DNA from: Rhizaria sp. SCN 62-66 | Lineage: Eukaryota | Length of the DNA stretch: 64,000 bases | Reading direction: 5' to 3' | Assembly (NCBI GenBank): GCA_001724265.1 | Contig: MEDY01000104.1 | Span: 62,001 to 126,000 of the forward strand | In this document: in pieces, positions 45,315 through 57,208 of the stretch | How positions within the stretch are numbered: the stretch's first letter is position 1 | Layout of the letters: each line of letters starts with the position of its first letter | Notes under the pieces: generated by a model | The model's database searches: none | Told to the model about the DNA's origin: nothing | What the model saw: only the letters and a program-made list of their open reading frames with translations | Program-made: the position numbers and the translations under genes

Positions 45315-48300
45315 TTAGACTGTAATCACTCCAGTCTCAGCAGCAACTGCATTAGCATTGCTGTTGCTGCCGTTCAAATCACTGCCACTAGCACGAGGAC
45401 TTGCCTTCATGTTAGCAGGGGCAACAGTTACCGGCGTCGTCGCCACGTCGCCGTTGCTGTTGAAATCGGCAACCGTGGTCGCGGCAGCGTCGCCGGCGCT
45501 GTTAGAGTCGGGGCTCGCGTTGAGGAGCGCCTCCACCATCCCGGCCGCCGTAACGCCCGCCGTCGCGGCGCCCGCCGTCGCAGCGCCAGCCACCGTGGCC
45601 TTCGCGCTCGCGTCCGGGGTCGCGGCGCCGTCTCTGCTCGTAGCAGCAGAGGCGGCGGCAGTCAGAGAAGTCACCGCGTCCGCTGGAGAGACGGCTCCGG
45701 AGGCGTCAGCAGCAGACTTCGAAGAGGAGGACAAGGGTATCGGCGTCGCAGCCTCGCTGGCGCAGTCTGCAACGCTCGCGGCGATGCTCACGGCAGAGCC
45801 GTGGGCGAAGGTGTTGGCAATGTGCGTGAGCGTGCTGTTTATGACGCCCGTCGTCAGCTTGGGCAGCGCGCGGCCAGAGAAGTTCACCTTCAGGATGGGT
45901 GAGAACGAGGACGCGCCGCGGCCCGCAGAGGCGGAGACAGGAGCCTTAGCTTCACTGTCGTTGTTGTTGATGCTACTACTGCTGCCACTATTGCTGTGCG
46001 AGTCGCACGCGCTGTCCCCAGCAACAGAGCCGGTTGCAGAGGCGCTGGCGCTGGCGCTGGCGCCGCTGTTGGTGGTGTTAACGTACTCAGCGAGCGACAT
46101 GTCGTGCAGGCGACAGAGGCCCCACGCCGCCTCCGCGACCGACTCGTACGTCACGAACACCATCCGCCGGTTCACGCAGCGTTCCACAACGGGAGGCTTG
46201 ACTTCGCGCACGCCGCGCGGCTTGACTTCAACGCCGGTGATGACAGCGGTGAGCGCGGCATCGGAGATCGAGTCAGGCACGCCGCTGATGTGCAGCTCGC
46301 GCGCCGGGGGAAAGACGTGGCGCGCGTTGCGCGTGCGCGTCTGGCCGCCGAAGCGGTGCGACTCGACCGGAGTCGACAGCCACGCGTTGCTGGGGATCGA
46401 GAGGTGCGGCGTCAGAGCGGCCGCGGGGCCGAGCGCAGCCGCGGTGACCGTGACCAGCACGGTGCCAGCGCTCAGGCCAGCGCCAGCGCCAATGATAGCG
46501 CCAGAGCCAGCACCGGAGCCGGAGCCAGAGTAGTCAGCGGCACTGCCGCTGTTATTGTTGTTTACCGCGTCGCTGGCGCTGTCATTCCCGGCGTCGCGGT
46601 TGCTGTAGCTGAAGACGACGCCCTGCGGCAGCGCGTGCGTGGCCGGGTAAGTAATGTTGCGCATCGAGGCTGCGAGCCGCGTCGCGTCGGCCGCGTTGCG
46701 CATGATAACGTACGCACCCGTGGCCGTTTCGCTCTCGTCGTAGTCGCCAGTCACGCTGCCGTTGGCGCTGTCGCCGATGCTGACCACGTCGCCGTCGACG
46801 CCGTTGGCGGTGCTTGACACGCTCTTCCGGTGCTGCTGCGGGTGCGGGTGGTGCACCTGGCGCTGGAGCGCGACGGAGAGCACGTTACCGTAGACGCTGC
46901 AGAGCAGCGTGACGCGGCGCGCGCACTGCAGCAGCGGTGGCAGCAGCGCGTGGCTGGGGGCGACCTCCTTGTCCCCGTTGACGGCGTCGAAGTAGCGCGT
47001 TGCCAGGTACACGAGGTACGGCACGTCGGCCTCGTCCGCGCCGGCAGCGCCAGCCGCGGCGCTCGCGCTGCCGGTGCTGCCGCCGTTGCTGTGGGCCGCG
47101 GCAGGGCCTAGAGCGGGGGAAACGGCCGACTGACCGCGCCCGCGCTTCGTGCTGCTGCTGGCGCCGCCAGGCTTGCTGTGTGCGTGTGCGTGGGCGTGTG
47201 CGCCTGCGTGGCCGCCGCTGGCGCTGCTGCCGCTGTGGGGCAGCGCAAAGCTGGAGACGTAGGGCCACTGGCTGTTGCCGCCGTAAAAGCTGTTGTTGCC
47301 GTGGAAGCCACCGTTGCCAGCACCGCCGCTGTTGCTGGCATTGTGATGGCTTCTGAGAGTGCCGTTGTTGAAGCGGCTGCCGTGGCCGCTGTTGTGCGCA
47401 TACGGTTTGCCGCCGCCGCTGCCCTTGCTGTTGACGTCGAACACAACTCCGTAGCCGTAGCTGTGGCCACCGTGGCCGTGGCCGTGGGTGTAAGCCGGCA
47501 CGTAGGCGTGGCCGTGCCCGTAGGCGTGGCCGCCGGGAGCAGCAGGGCTGAGCGACAACGGGCCGCCCACAGCAGCGGCGGCGGCGGCGGCGGCGGCAGC
47601 GGCGCCGTGGCCGTGGTGGTGGGGGCTGTCGCCGCCGCCAATGACGCCGTACTCGCCGGCGCCAGCGGCGTAGGGGGGGTACGCGTAGCTGTAGCCATAG
47701 GCAGCGCTACCGTGCGCGTTGCCGTGCGCGTTGCCGTGAGCGAAGTGCGACTGCGCGTATGAATGCGCGTGCGTATGTGCCGTTGGAGCGCCGCCGTTGT
47801 TGTTGCGCGTCGAAGTGGGCAGCGAGAGCTTGCGTGAGCGGCTCTGCGCGCTGCCAGGGTGACCGTGAGCGGCCATGTGACCGTGAGCGGCCACGTGACC
47901 GTGGGCAGAGGGGTGACCGTGAGCAGAAGGGGGCGCATGCACTGCGTGGGGATAAGAGATGCTCTGGACAAGGTTGAAATGCTCGTGCGCGTGCTGAAGC
48001 TGCTGCTGTTGCTGCTGCAGTTGCTGCTGCTGCTGGCGGATCGTGTTTGTCAGCTGCTGCAGCTCTTGCTTGAACTGATGATGCGGCACCTGCTGCTGCG
48101 ACGCGTTAGAGCCAGCGCTCGTCGTGGAAGGCGCGCCAGCAGCAGCATCAGCAGCAGCGCCGACGGCAGTGGCGGCGGCTGCGGCCGCGGTTGGCGCCGG
48201 CTCAGTCGTTACGACAGCGCTGGGCTCGGACTCGGGCGCGGGCACTGGAGCTGGCACCGCCAGTGCAGGGGCTGCGGCGTTGGCGGCGCTGGCGGAGGCG

Positions 48301-48388
48301 GCCGACGCGGGCGAGGCTGCGCCCGCGGCCGGGACCGCAAAGTGGCCGTGGCCGGGGCCGTGCGCAGCGTAGGCGTACGAGTAGTGCC

Positions 48389-48425
<37 letters not shown>

Positions 48426-49421
48426 TTGCTGCTGCAGGTGCTGTTGCTGCGCGTAGGCGTGCGGGGGCAAGTGCTGGAACTGCGGTAGCGGCACGGCGAC
48501 CGGCAGCGCCACGGGCAGCTGCTGCGCGTGGCCGTGCGCGTGGCCGTGGGTGTGGCCGTGAGCGTGGTTGTGCTGCGGCTGCGGGTAGTAGTAGGCATGG
48601 TGACCGTACGGGTGGGGCACCAAGGACGGCGACAGCGGCGGGGCGGCCGCGGCACCAGCAGTGGCGGCCACGTACGTGTGGGGCTGCGACTGCTGCTGCT
48701 GCTGCGGCGGCTGCTGTGCTTGGTAGTAGACTGGGTGCGCATGCGTCGCGTGAGGATGCGGGTTTGAGTGGGACTGTGCGTGGGGAAGAGGGTACGGAGC
48801 CGGAGCGGCGGCGGGAGCGGCGTACAGGGCGGTGTAGGGAGCCGCAACGTAGGCCGTGAGACCGCTAGCGGGTGCGGGGATTATTGCGGCGGCCGGCGAG
48901 GTGGAGGCTAGCGCCGGTGAAGGGGCCGAGGCCGAGGCCGGGACAGAGCCGGGAGTGGGAGCTGCGGGCTCTGTAGAGGCGGATAGCGCGGCTGAACCGG
49001 GACCGAAAGCAAGACCCAGGGAGCGAAAAGCCGCGAGAGAAGGCCTGGAATGCGAGCTGGCCGACGCGGGCATCATAGCGGTGGCGGGCGCAGTTGTCCC
49101 AGACGCCGCAGAGGCTGAGGAAAAGGAGGGGGACTTGGCTGTCGAGGCAGCGACTGAAGGGCTATTTCCACTGTTTAGATTGCCTGCTGCAGAGCTTAAA
49201 GGCAAGACAACTTTGTGAGAACAGGAATTACGTGCAGATGACGATGTCTGGTGGTGTTTCTGACGTTCTGAGGTAAGGCGTGAGACGGCGGGATTTGATG
49301 ACGGGTCGGTGGACGATCCTTCGCCGGAGAGAGAGTCGAGGTGAAGCTGGGAGAGACTGACACCTGGCTCAGATTGGGTTGGAATTTCAGTAGACAAGGA
49401 GCGAAAAGGCAACTCCGACAT
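45315..49421 (-). CDS. PTB/hnRNP L-like RRM protein with long His/Gln/Tyr-rich N-terminus (1,368 aa)
   Basis: LLCSVYGNVLSV..GAYVIMRNAADA (RRM3-like), linker SHRF..NARHVFPPARELHISGVP, MVFVTYESVAEAAWGLCRLHD..ILKVNFS (RRM4-like) match the PTB C-terminal RRM pair. Confidence 0.75.
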
Positions 49422-50435
49422 CTACATGGATAAAATTTGCAGTGAACAAGACAGAGATGTGAGAGAGCGGTCGCAAAGAGACGCGGGCGATTCAATATGG
49501 GTTGGTCCTTTCGCGATCCTTTGTTCCAGTAAATAAGGCAACATACAGCGCTTATATTAAAATATGACTAATTGAAGAATATACTACGTTTTTACTTCTT
49601 GTATAACTTCCGAAAATATTTCCAATAAACCTGTGTTAATCCCTCCGTTTCTGTCTTTCCCGAATCGCTCGCCAGACTCCTTTGGCCAACCCCCTCCTCC
49701 CTACTCCCTCGAGTAGGAGGATTACTCTCAAAACATCTTATAAGCCATTATAAGCATACACAAGCTATTAGAAGAAGGTCACTGCATTTTTTACAAAAGA
49801 ACTTGTATGATGAAATTATTTCAACCGCGTTGTACTCCATAAAAGCCTTTCTATGACCGTAAATACCGTTTTTTTCCACTTAGAAGAAGATGAAAGATGC
49901 TGCATTAGGAATCACACGTGCACGACGTTGCTGTTGTAAACTCTTGTAAAGCAAACAAAACAACATGCTAAGTTAATATAACTCTGTTTGTCTTAATAAG
50001 CCCATTTAAAGCCGCGATGGACTTGAGCCTACCCAGGAAATGACATTCACTCACACGTAAGATGGTTGCGGACCGACAACCGCCACCAACCAGCCAGCCA
50101 AGTCGAGTTTTTAGGAACCAACCTCTCGCTCGTCGCTGCTGACTGAGACGAGACGGTCTCAGTCGAAGTCGAGTGCGTCACGGCACCAAGCGTAGCTGCA
50201 TCATGGCAACATGCAACAGCTGAATTTCATTTGTATCATATTTTTGCAACATATTTTAGCTTATATTTTCCTTTACTTGGCTTCCCGTGCCCGACTTGGT
50301 CTTGTATGCGCAGGTTTCTTTCCTTCTCTCGCCCTTCCGGCCCCGCGCCCCCGTACCCCGCTTCTACGGCACCGCGCACCTTCCGCTGCGCCTTTCCCTT
50401 TCTCTCCCTCGCCTTCCCGGCTTGCTCGCTGCACG

Positions 50436-53400
50436 ATGTCCGCGCATCTGGTGCACCGTTGCCGCTTCACAGACTGGCAGCCCTCGGGCATCCGATCCCT
50501 GGCCTTCAACGTGCTGGGCACCAAGCTCGCCGTTGCCCGCCACAACGGCGACATCGAGATCTGGGCGCTCACGGGTGCCGTCTTCACCGCGCCGCCCGCC
50601 ACCGTGCCGGCCGCATACACCGCGCTTAAGTCCCAGATTGAGGCCCATCTCGCGCTGCACCCCACGCTGGCGCAGAGCGCGCACTGGTCCCACGCCACCG
50701 CCCAGGTTCGTCCAGATCTGCTCCACTTCGCTTTATGCGCTGTTGTCGACGTATTCAGCACCCTATTGCTTCTCTATGCGTCCAATATCTTTAACGCTAT
50801 GTTTTCTACATGAATTCCGTGTATTTCAATCTAACTAATCTTGTTTCGTTATGTTCTCTTGCTTTGTTCTCGTCATCTTGTAGGCCTTCTCGCTGTCGTC
50901 CAATTGGCAGTGCGAGCGCACGCTCTCGGGCTCCGGCGACGGCTCCGTCACTACCGTCTTTTGGCTCACCAACTTCGACGCCTCGGCCGCGCCCGCGGAC
51001 GCCGAGCGCTTCTTCTGCACGACCCTGCAGGGCAAGCTGGTCGAGTGGGACCTCGCGGCCGGGCTTCCCCGCCACAGCACAGACTCGTACGGCGGCGCCG
51101 TGTGGTCCGTCGCGACCTCGTCCACGGGCCGCGCCATCGCGCTGGGCTGCGAGGATGGCACGGTGCGGCTCTTCTCGGCGGGCTCCGCGCTGCTGAGCGG
51201 GCCCGTGTACGATCGCCCGCTGCAGCGGCACCGCGCGCGTGTGCTCTCGCTCGACTGGCTCCACAACGCGCATGATCCCGCCGTGCAGGCAGAGCTCGCC
51301 GCCGCCAAGCTGCGCCACCAGCAGCGCGTCAACGCCGCCGCCGCAGCCGCCGCCAAGAAGAAGAACAAGACGGGCAAGACTGGCGACAACAGCTCCAGTT
51401 CCGGCGACAGCGACAGTGGTGATGGCAGCTCCAGCGACAGCGAGGACGACTCCGAAGGAGCGCTGTTGCGCCGGCGCCTCGCGGGCCGCTCCGCGGGCGC
51501 GCTGGCGGGCGCCGCGGGCCGCGTCAACCGTGGGCTCGACGGCGGCCTGTCGTCCGGCGCGGGCGCGGGCGCGTTTGGCTCCGGCGCGGGCAGCGTGTTC
51601 GTGGCCGACAGCCCGCTGCTGGTCTCCGGCGGCGCCGACGGCAAGGTGCGCGTGTGGCACGTGGCGACGGCGCGGTGTCTGCTGACGATGCGCGTGGACG
51701 CGCTGCGCGAGACGACACGCCGCGGCAAGGGCGGCAAGAAGGGCGGCAAGAAGGGCGGCGCTGGCTACGACAGCGATGACGAGCCCTCGGAGGAGGACGA
51801 CGGCGACGGCGACGAGGACGACGAGGAGGACGAGGACGACGAGGACCTCGCCGATATCTCCTCGCTGCCCGGCTCCAAGTCCCTCTTCGGCGACGCCGCC
51901 AACAGCGACCCCTTCGCGGCCATCAAGCGTCTGCGCACGGGCCGCCGTCTGCGCCACGCGCGCGTGTGGGCGGTCCGATGGGTCGACCACCAGACGGTGG
52001 CGGCCGGCGACTCGCTGGGCCACGTGCAGCTCTTCGAGACGCGCTTCGGCTCCACGGTGGCGACCGTAGCCAAGCACCAGGGCGACGTGCTGGCGCTGGC
52101 CGTCGCGCGGCCGGGCTTCCACGCCGACCTGGGCGGCTTCTCGGGCCGCTGGGCGGGACCCTCGCTCGGGCCCGTAATCTACGCCGCCGGCGCTGACTCC
52201 AAGGTCGTCGAGCTGCGCCCCACGCCGCCCGCGCACCGCGCCGTGCCCTCGGGCCCGGGCGCGACGCCGGCGCTGGCCCACGAGTGCAAGTGGGTCGTCG
52301 GCGGTAGCCACCGCGCGCACTCGCACGACGTCCACGCGCTTGTCATCGCGCCCCAGGTCGTCGTCTACGCCGACGAGTCCGCCACCGCGGCCGCCGCGCT
52401 CGCCACCATGCGCCAGGCCGCCGGCAGCAACGCTAGTGCCAAGAAGACGGCTAAGACTGGGGCCAGTAGTGACAGCGAGTCTGGTTCCGATGACGACAAC
52501 GAGGAGGAGGCCAAGGCCCAGGTCAAGCGCTCCCGCCCCGCCACAGCTGCCCACGGTCAGTCCGGCGCGGTCGGCGCTACTATGGTGGAGGCGGGGGCGC
52601 GCGTGGTGTGCGAGGCGCTGATCGTCAGCGGCGGCGTCGACACGCAGCTCGCCTTCTACTCGGCCTCGGCCTTTTCGGCGCTGCGCCCGCGCAAGGTGCT
52701 GCCGATTCCGCCCCGCCCCGCCGTCGCAGTCTCCGCGCACACCGCCGCCGCCACTGCCACCGCGAGCAGCGCGAGCTCTGGTGTGAGTGCATTGTTGGGC
52801 TCGGCCAACACGGCCGCCGAGGGCACCGCGCGCGCGCTCGCCGCCCTGCGCTCCTCCTACCTGATGCTCCCCAGCAACAGCAACAGCAGCAGCAGCAACA
52901 ACAGCAGCAGCTCTAGCGCTGCGACGGCTGCTGCGGGCGCGGCGGGCCTGTTCCCCCGGCAGCCCGACTGGGGCCCCGCGGCCGCGGCGGCGCGCGCGTC
53001 CCCCGCGGCGCGCTTCGTGGCGCTGCCCGCGCCCGCGCGGCCGCGCCTGCTGGTGCGCAGCGCGGGCAAGGTGCTCGACGTCTACGCCGTCGGCGAGAGC
53101 GCCGGGCTGGGCGAGGCCGAGGCCGACGCCGCCGCCGCCGCCGCCGCCGAGGAGGCCGCCACCAAAGTCGTGTCCGCCGCCGACAACACCGCGGGCGCCG
53201 GCGCGGGCAAGAAGGGCGGCAAGAAGGCCTCCGCGGCCGCCGACAGCGACTCCGACAGCGACTCCGACGCGGGCGCGCTGCCGACCCTGGCGCCCGCGTC
53301 GTCCTCGCTGCGCCGTCTGTCGATGGCCGGCGGCGGCGGCGCGTCGTCCACAGCCGCCATCGCCAGCTCGCTCGCCGTCGCGGGCGCCGCGATGCACCTG

Positions 53401-55834
53401 CAGCCCGCGTCTGAGGCCGCCACAGCCTCTGCGCTCGCGGCTGTGGGCGCCGCCGCTAGCTCCACCGGGCTCGCAGCACTCTCTGCGCAGGTATGGAGAG
53501 ATAATATCGCGATAGTTTGGTATTATTTCAGAATCAAAAGTTTATATTTATGTGAATATTGTCATTTATATTTTGTTGCTTTTGTTTCAAATTTTATTTA
53601 TCTCACATCATATTATCATCCGTATCTTATTTTCTCTTTCTCCACTCTCTTAGGCGCCCACCCGCGCCCTGTCGGCCGCGGCGCTGCAGAGCGGCCTGCG
53701 CGACGGCCAGCGTGCGATGGTGGCCCGCGGGCACGCGCACCTGGCGTCGCTGCACATCGCCTCGCGGCTTAACTTGTCTGACGCGGCGCTGTCGCCCAAC
53801 GGCGCGCTCGTGGCCTGCGCCGACGCCGTCGGCGTGAAGCTTTTCGCGCTCGAGACTATCATCGAGCGCGTCGCCAACCTGAACCAGAGCAAGTCCGGCA
53901 AGAAGGCCAAGACTGCCAAGCCGGGCAAGCGCAACGACGCCTCGGACGACAGCGAGGACAGCGACGATGACGCTTTCGCGCAGGGCCAGTGGGTCGAGCG
54001 CACGCGCGTGCACCGCCTCGCGCTGCCCGCGGCGCTCGCGGGCGCGGGCGCGCAGTCGCTGGCCTTCTCGCCCGACGGCACGCTGCTCGCCGTCGCGGCG
54101 GCGGACCGCGGCGTGGTGCTAGTGTTTGACCTCGTGCTCTACACGCTCGCGGGCGTCTTCCGCGTCAACGGGCCCGCGACCGTGGCCACCGCGCTCAAGG
54201 ACCTCGCGCTGCCGCTCTCCAAGGCCGCGCTCAACCCCAGTCTGACGAACACCAACGCTCACACCGCCGCCGGCAGCGCTGCCAAGGCCACTGGCTCCGG
54301 TAAGAAGATGAGCGCCGGCAGCGACGACGACGACGGCGACAGCGATAGCGAGGCCGAGAGCACGGTCAACGCGCTGGCGGCCGCGACAGCCGCGGTGCGC
54401 ACCGACGAGGACGCGCTGGCCGAGGCCGACGCCGAGGCGCCGCTGGTGGTCGACCTGGCCTGGGCGCACTGCGGGCGCTTCCTCGCCGCGCGCGACGCCA
54501 CCAACACCGTCGCCCTCTTCGGGCTCGCCGGCAACCCGGTCGCGGACGCCAAGTCCCAGAGCGGCGCCGCTGCCGCTGCTGCGAGCGGCAGCGCCGGCGT
54601 GGCCGCGTTCGCGCCCGCGACCGTGACGGTGCTGCCGTCAGTCGGCGTCTCGGTGACCGCGATGGCGCTGCTGCCCATCCCCGTCCTCACCGCGCCCGCC
54701 GCCGCCAAGGACGCCGACGGCAGCGGCGCGACCGCGGGCGCTAGCGCTGCTGGTGGTGCTGGTGGTGCTGCTGGTGCGAACAAGTCACGCGCGTCCGCGC
54801 TCTTCTCCCCCGCCGCGCCCGCCAAAACCGCCGCCAAGACCGCCGCCCCTGCTGCTGCCACGGCCGCTAGTGCCAGCGCCAGTGCTGCGCAGCGCGTGCT
54901 GTCGCCGCCGCTGGTGCTGGCGCTGGCGTCGGGCGCCGTGGCCGTCTACGACACGCACCACCGCCGCTTCGTGCAGCTGAACCACTCGGTGCCGGCTCCC
55001 GCGCTCTCCCAGAGCAGCGCGCGCGGCGCGTCGCTCGGCCTGGCCGTGATCCCGCTCCCGTTCCCGCTCGTGCAGGCGACCTCGTCGGCCACGGCGGCGC
55101 ACGCCAGCAATGGCAAGGCGCTGGGCAGCGGCGGGCGCGCGCGCGCGGGCACGGCGGTGGGCCACGAGCGCATCACACACATCTCCGTGGCGTCGATGTT
55201 CCGCCCCGTCGTCTACACGCGCAACGCCATGGCGCACGTGCCCTGCTTCTCCGCCATCCTCTCGGCCACCACCGTCGCCTTCTACCTCGACATCCCCATC
55301 GCGGCCTTCTTCCCTGAGTCCAAGCTGGGCCGCATCCCCTCGCACACCGCCGCCGCCGCCGCCGCCGCTGCCGCCGCCGCCGCTGCCGCCGCCGCCGCCG
55401 CCGCGGTCAAGCCCGCGGCCGCCGGCTCCGCTGTGGGCGGCGCGGCCGCGGGCAAGAAGGGCGGCGCCTTCGCTGCCTCTGCCTCTGCTTCCTCTGCGGC
55501 GAGCGCGGGTGCTGCGCCGGCCGCGGCCGCTGCCGCCGCGGCCGCGGCCGCCGCGGCCGGGACGGTGCTGCCGAACCTGCACATCAAGCCGCTGACGCGC
55601 TACCGCCCCATGCTCTGCTGCGCCTTCTCCCCCGCCGCCGTCCCGGCGACCGAGAGCAAGGCTGCGGCCGACAGCAAGGCCGCTGCGGCCAAGGGGGCCA
55701 AGCCCGCCGCTGCGAGTGCGGGCGCTGAGAACGGGCACCCGATGCCGAGCATCGTCGTGGTCGAGACGCCCTGGCTCAACGTGATCAAGCGCCTGCCCGC
55801 CGCCATCGCGCGCAAGCGCTACGGCCGCACGTAA
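50436..55834 (+). CDS. UTP4: Utp4/cirhin WD40 SSU-processome subunit (1,685 aa with inserts)
   Basis: Exons 50436-50705, 50884-53490, 53654-55834. VHRCRFTDWQPSGI, LAVARHNGDIEIW, DSYGGAVWS, HQGDVLAL, HSHDVHAL, SGGVDTQL, C-terminal VVVETPW..LPAAIARKRYG. Confidence 0.93.
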
Positions 55835-56997
55835 GCGAACAAGCATCTCATGTCACAACGCAAATGTATGCAGCAGCAGAAGAAGTGTGCATGTTGTGCT
55901 ACGCTATTTGTGCTGTTTCTTACTGGTATCATTGACAGAGTTGATATATTATGTATTCTATTCTATTTTATGTTTTGTTTTCGAAGAAGTATGAGTTCGG
56001 GACGAGATAAGTTGTCGTAGTTCCTTAGCTCATAGGGAAGTTTAGATTGTGAAACCATTTAGTATTATTCTTTGTTATGAGAAGGACGTATGTATTTAAT
56101 ACAATAACAAGACGTTTTGTTCCTGCGATTAGTTCTTATTATACGTGAATGTCAAACAATTGTTTCATTAAGAGTTGTTTGTAGACGTCGTCTTTTGTTT
56201 TGTGTCTTCTAGGACTCACGCGTTGCTGCGATTATATTGTTTTGCGCAGGCAGCGAGCAGACAGACAAAGGTTTGAACACAGTCCCTGTGAACACAAAAC
56301 AGGAACAACATCAACAATCTCAGGAAGCGTAGGTAATCACAGCGCGTCAACACACAGATTACGGGCTTCGAGTTGGTTGAGATTGTACGAGTTGCGTGCA
56401 CAAAGAGTGGCAAGGGAAGAAGAGCGAGCAAGTGACGATGGGAAGAGAAGAGCAAACAAGACAATAGAAAAGACGAGGACAAGTATGGGGGGATACTATG
56501 TAAACAGGAATATATAGGAGGATAAATATATTCACGAGAGGATCAAGAAAGAAAAGCAAGCGAAGCAAAGAAAATATGTTGTGTTGTAATTGATACAAAC
56601 ACTGACACTGGAACGAAAAAAAGGGACTACGATAGAGCAATTTGCAGGACGAAAAGCACAAAAAAGACAGAAAGAAAGATGAAAACAAGAATCTATCGCA
56701 GATGCCATCTTTCGAGCAGTGCACGTGGGCGTACACCGCAGTCAGAGTACGCGTGGAGAGTGGAGAGTGCAAACAAAATGCAAACAAAGAGACAAAAGGA
56801 CAAATTGACGGACATACTAATGGAGAAATATACACAGTTGAAACGGTTATATAGAAAAAAACACATCGACATGAAAAGTCGATCGAGAGTTATCTTACTA
56901 ATTCAACATTACGACTATGATATCGTAAGGAGCGTTAGGTAGCAGAAATGTAAACAAAGACGACGTAAGTTCGAATAGCGACATAGTATCGCTAATA

Positions 56998-57173
56998 CCT
57001 GCGCGTTTTGAGATGGGCACCCTAAGGCTTATGACTGGATAGACACCGCGTTAGCTTTTTTTCAAGTTACTTCAGATATCTAATAAATTAACTTTGAAAT
57101 GACTTTGAACTCTCAATAAAGTTCGAAAAAAAGCTTCCGGTGCCCTCGGGGTGCCCATCTCACAACGCTCAGG
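56998..57173. mobile_element. 176-bp MITE-like element, 30-bp terminal inverted repeats, TA flanks
   Basis: Left CCTGCGCGTTTTGAGATGGGCACCCTAAGG (56998-57027) vs reverse complement of 57144-57173 CCTGAGCGTTGTGAGATGGGCACCCCGAGG (26/30 identical); TA at 56996-56997 and 57174-57175; AT-rich non-coding interior. Confidence 0.8.
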
Positions 57174-57208
57174 TAAGTAGCATACATGATATCGCCCACG
57201 GCTTAACT

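Noticed and set aside
49636-49720. Stowaway-like TIR fragments (TAATCCCTCCGTTTC, TACTCCCTC) and a small hairpin
   Set aside because: No matching opposite terminus or target duplication; too short to support.
56185-56967. Possible larger inverted-repeat element (ACGTCGTCTTT / AAAGACGACGT)
   Set aside because: Only about 11 bp match in biased sequence; no clear boundaries.
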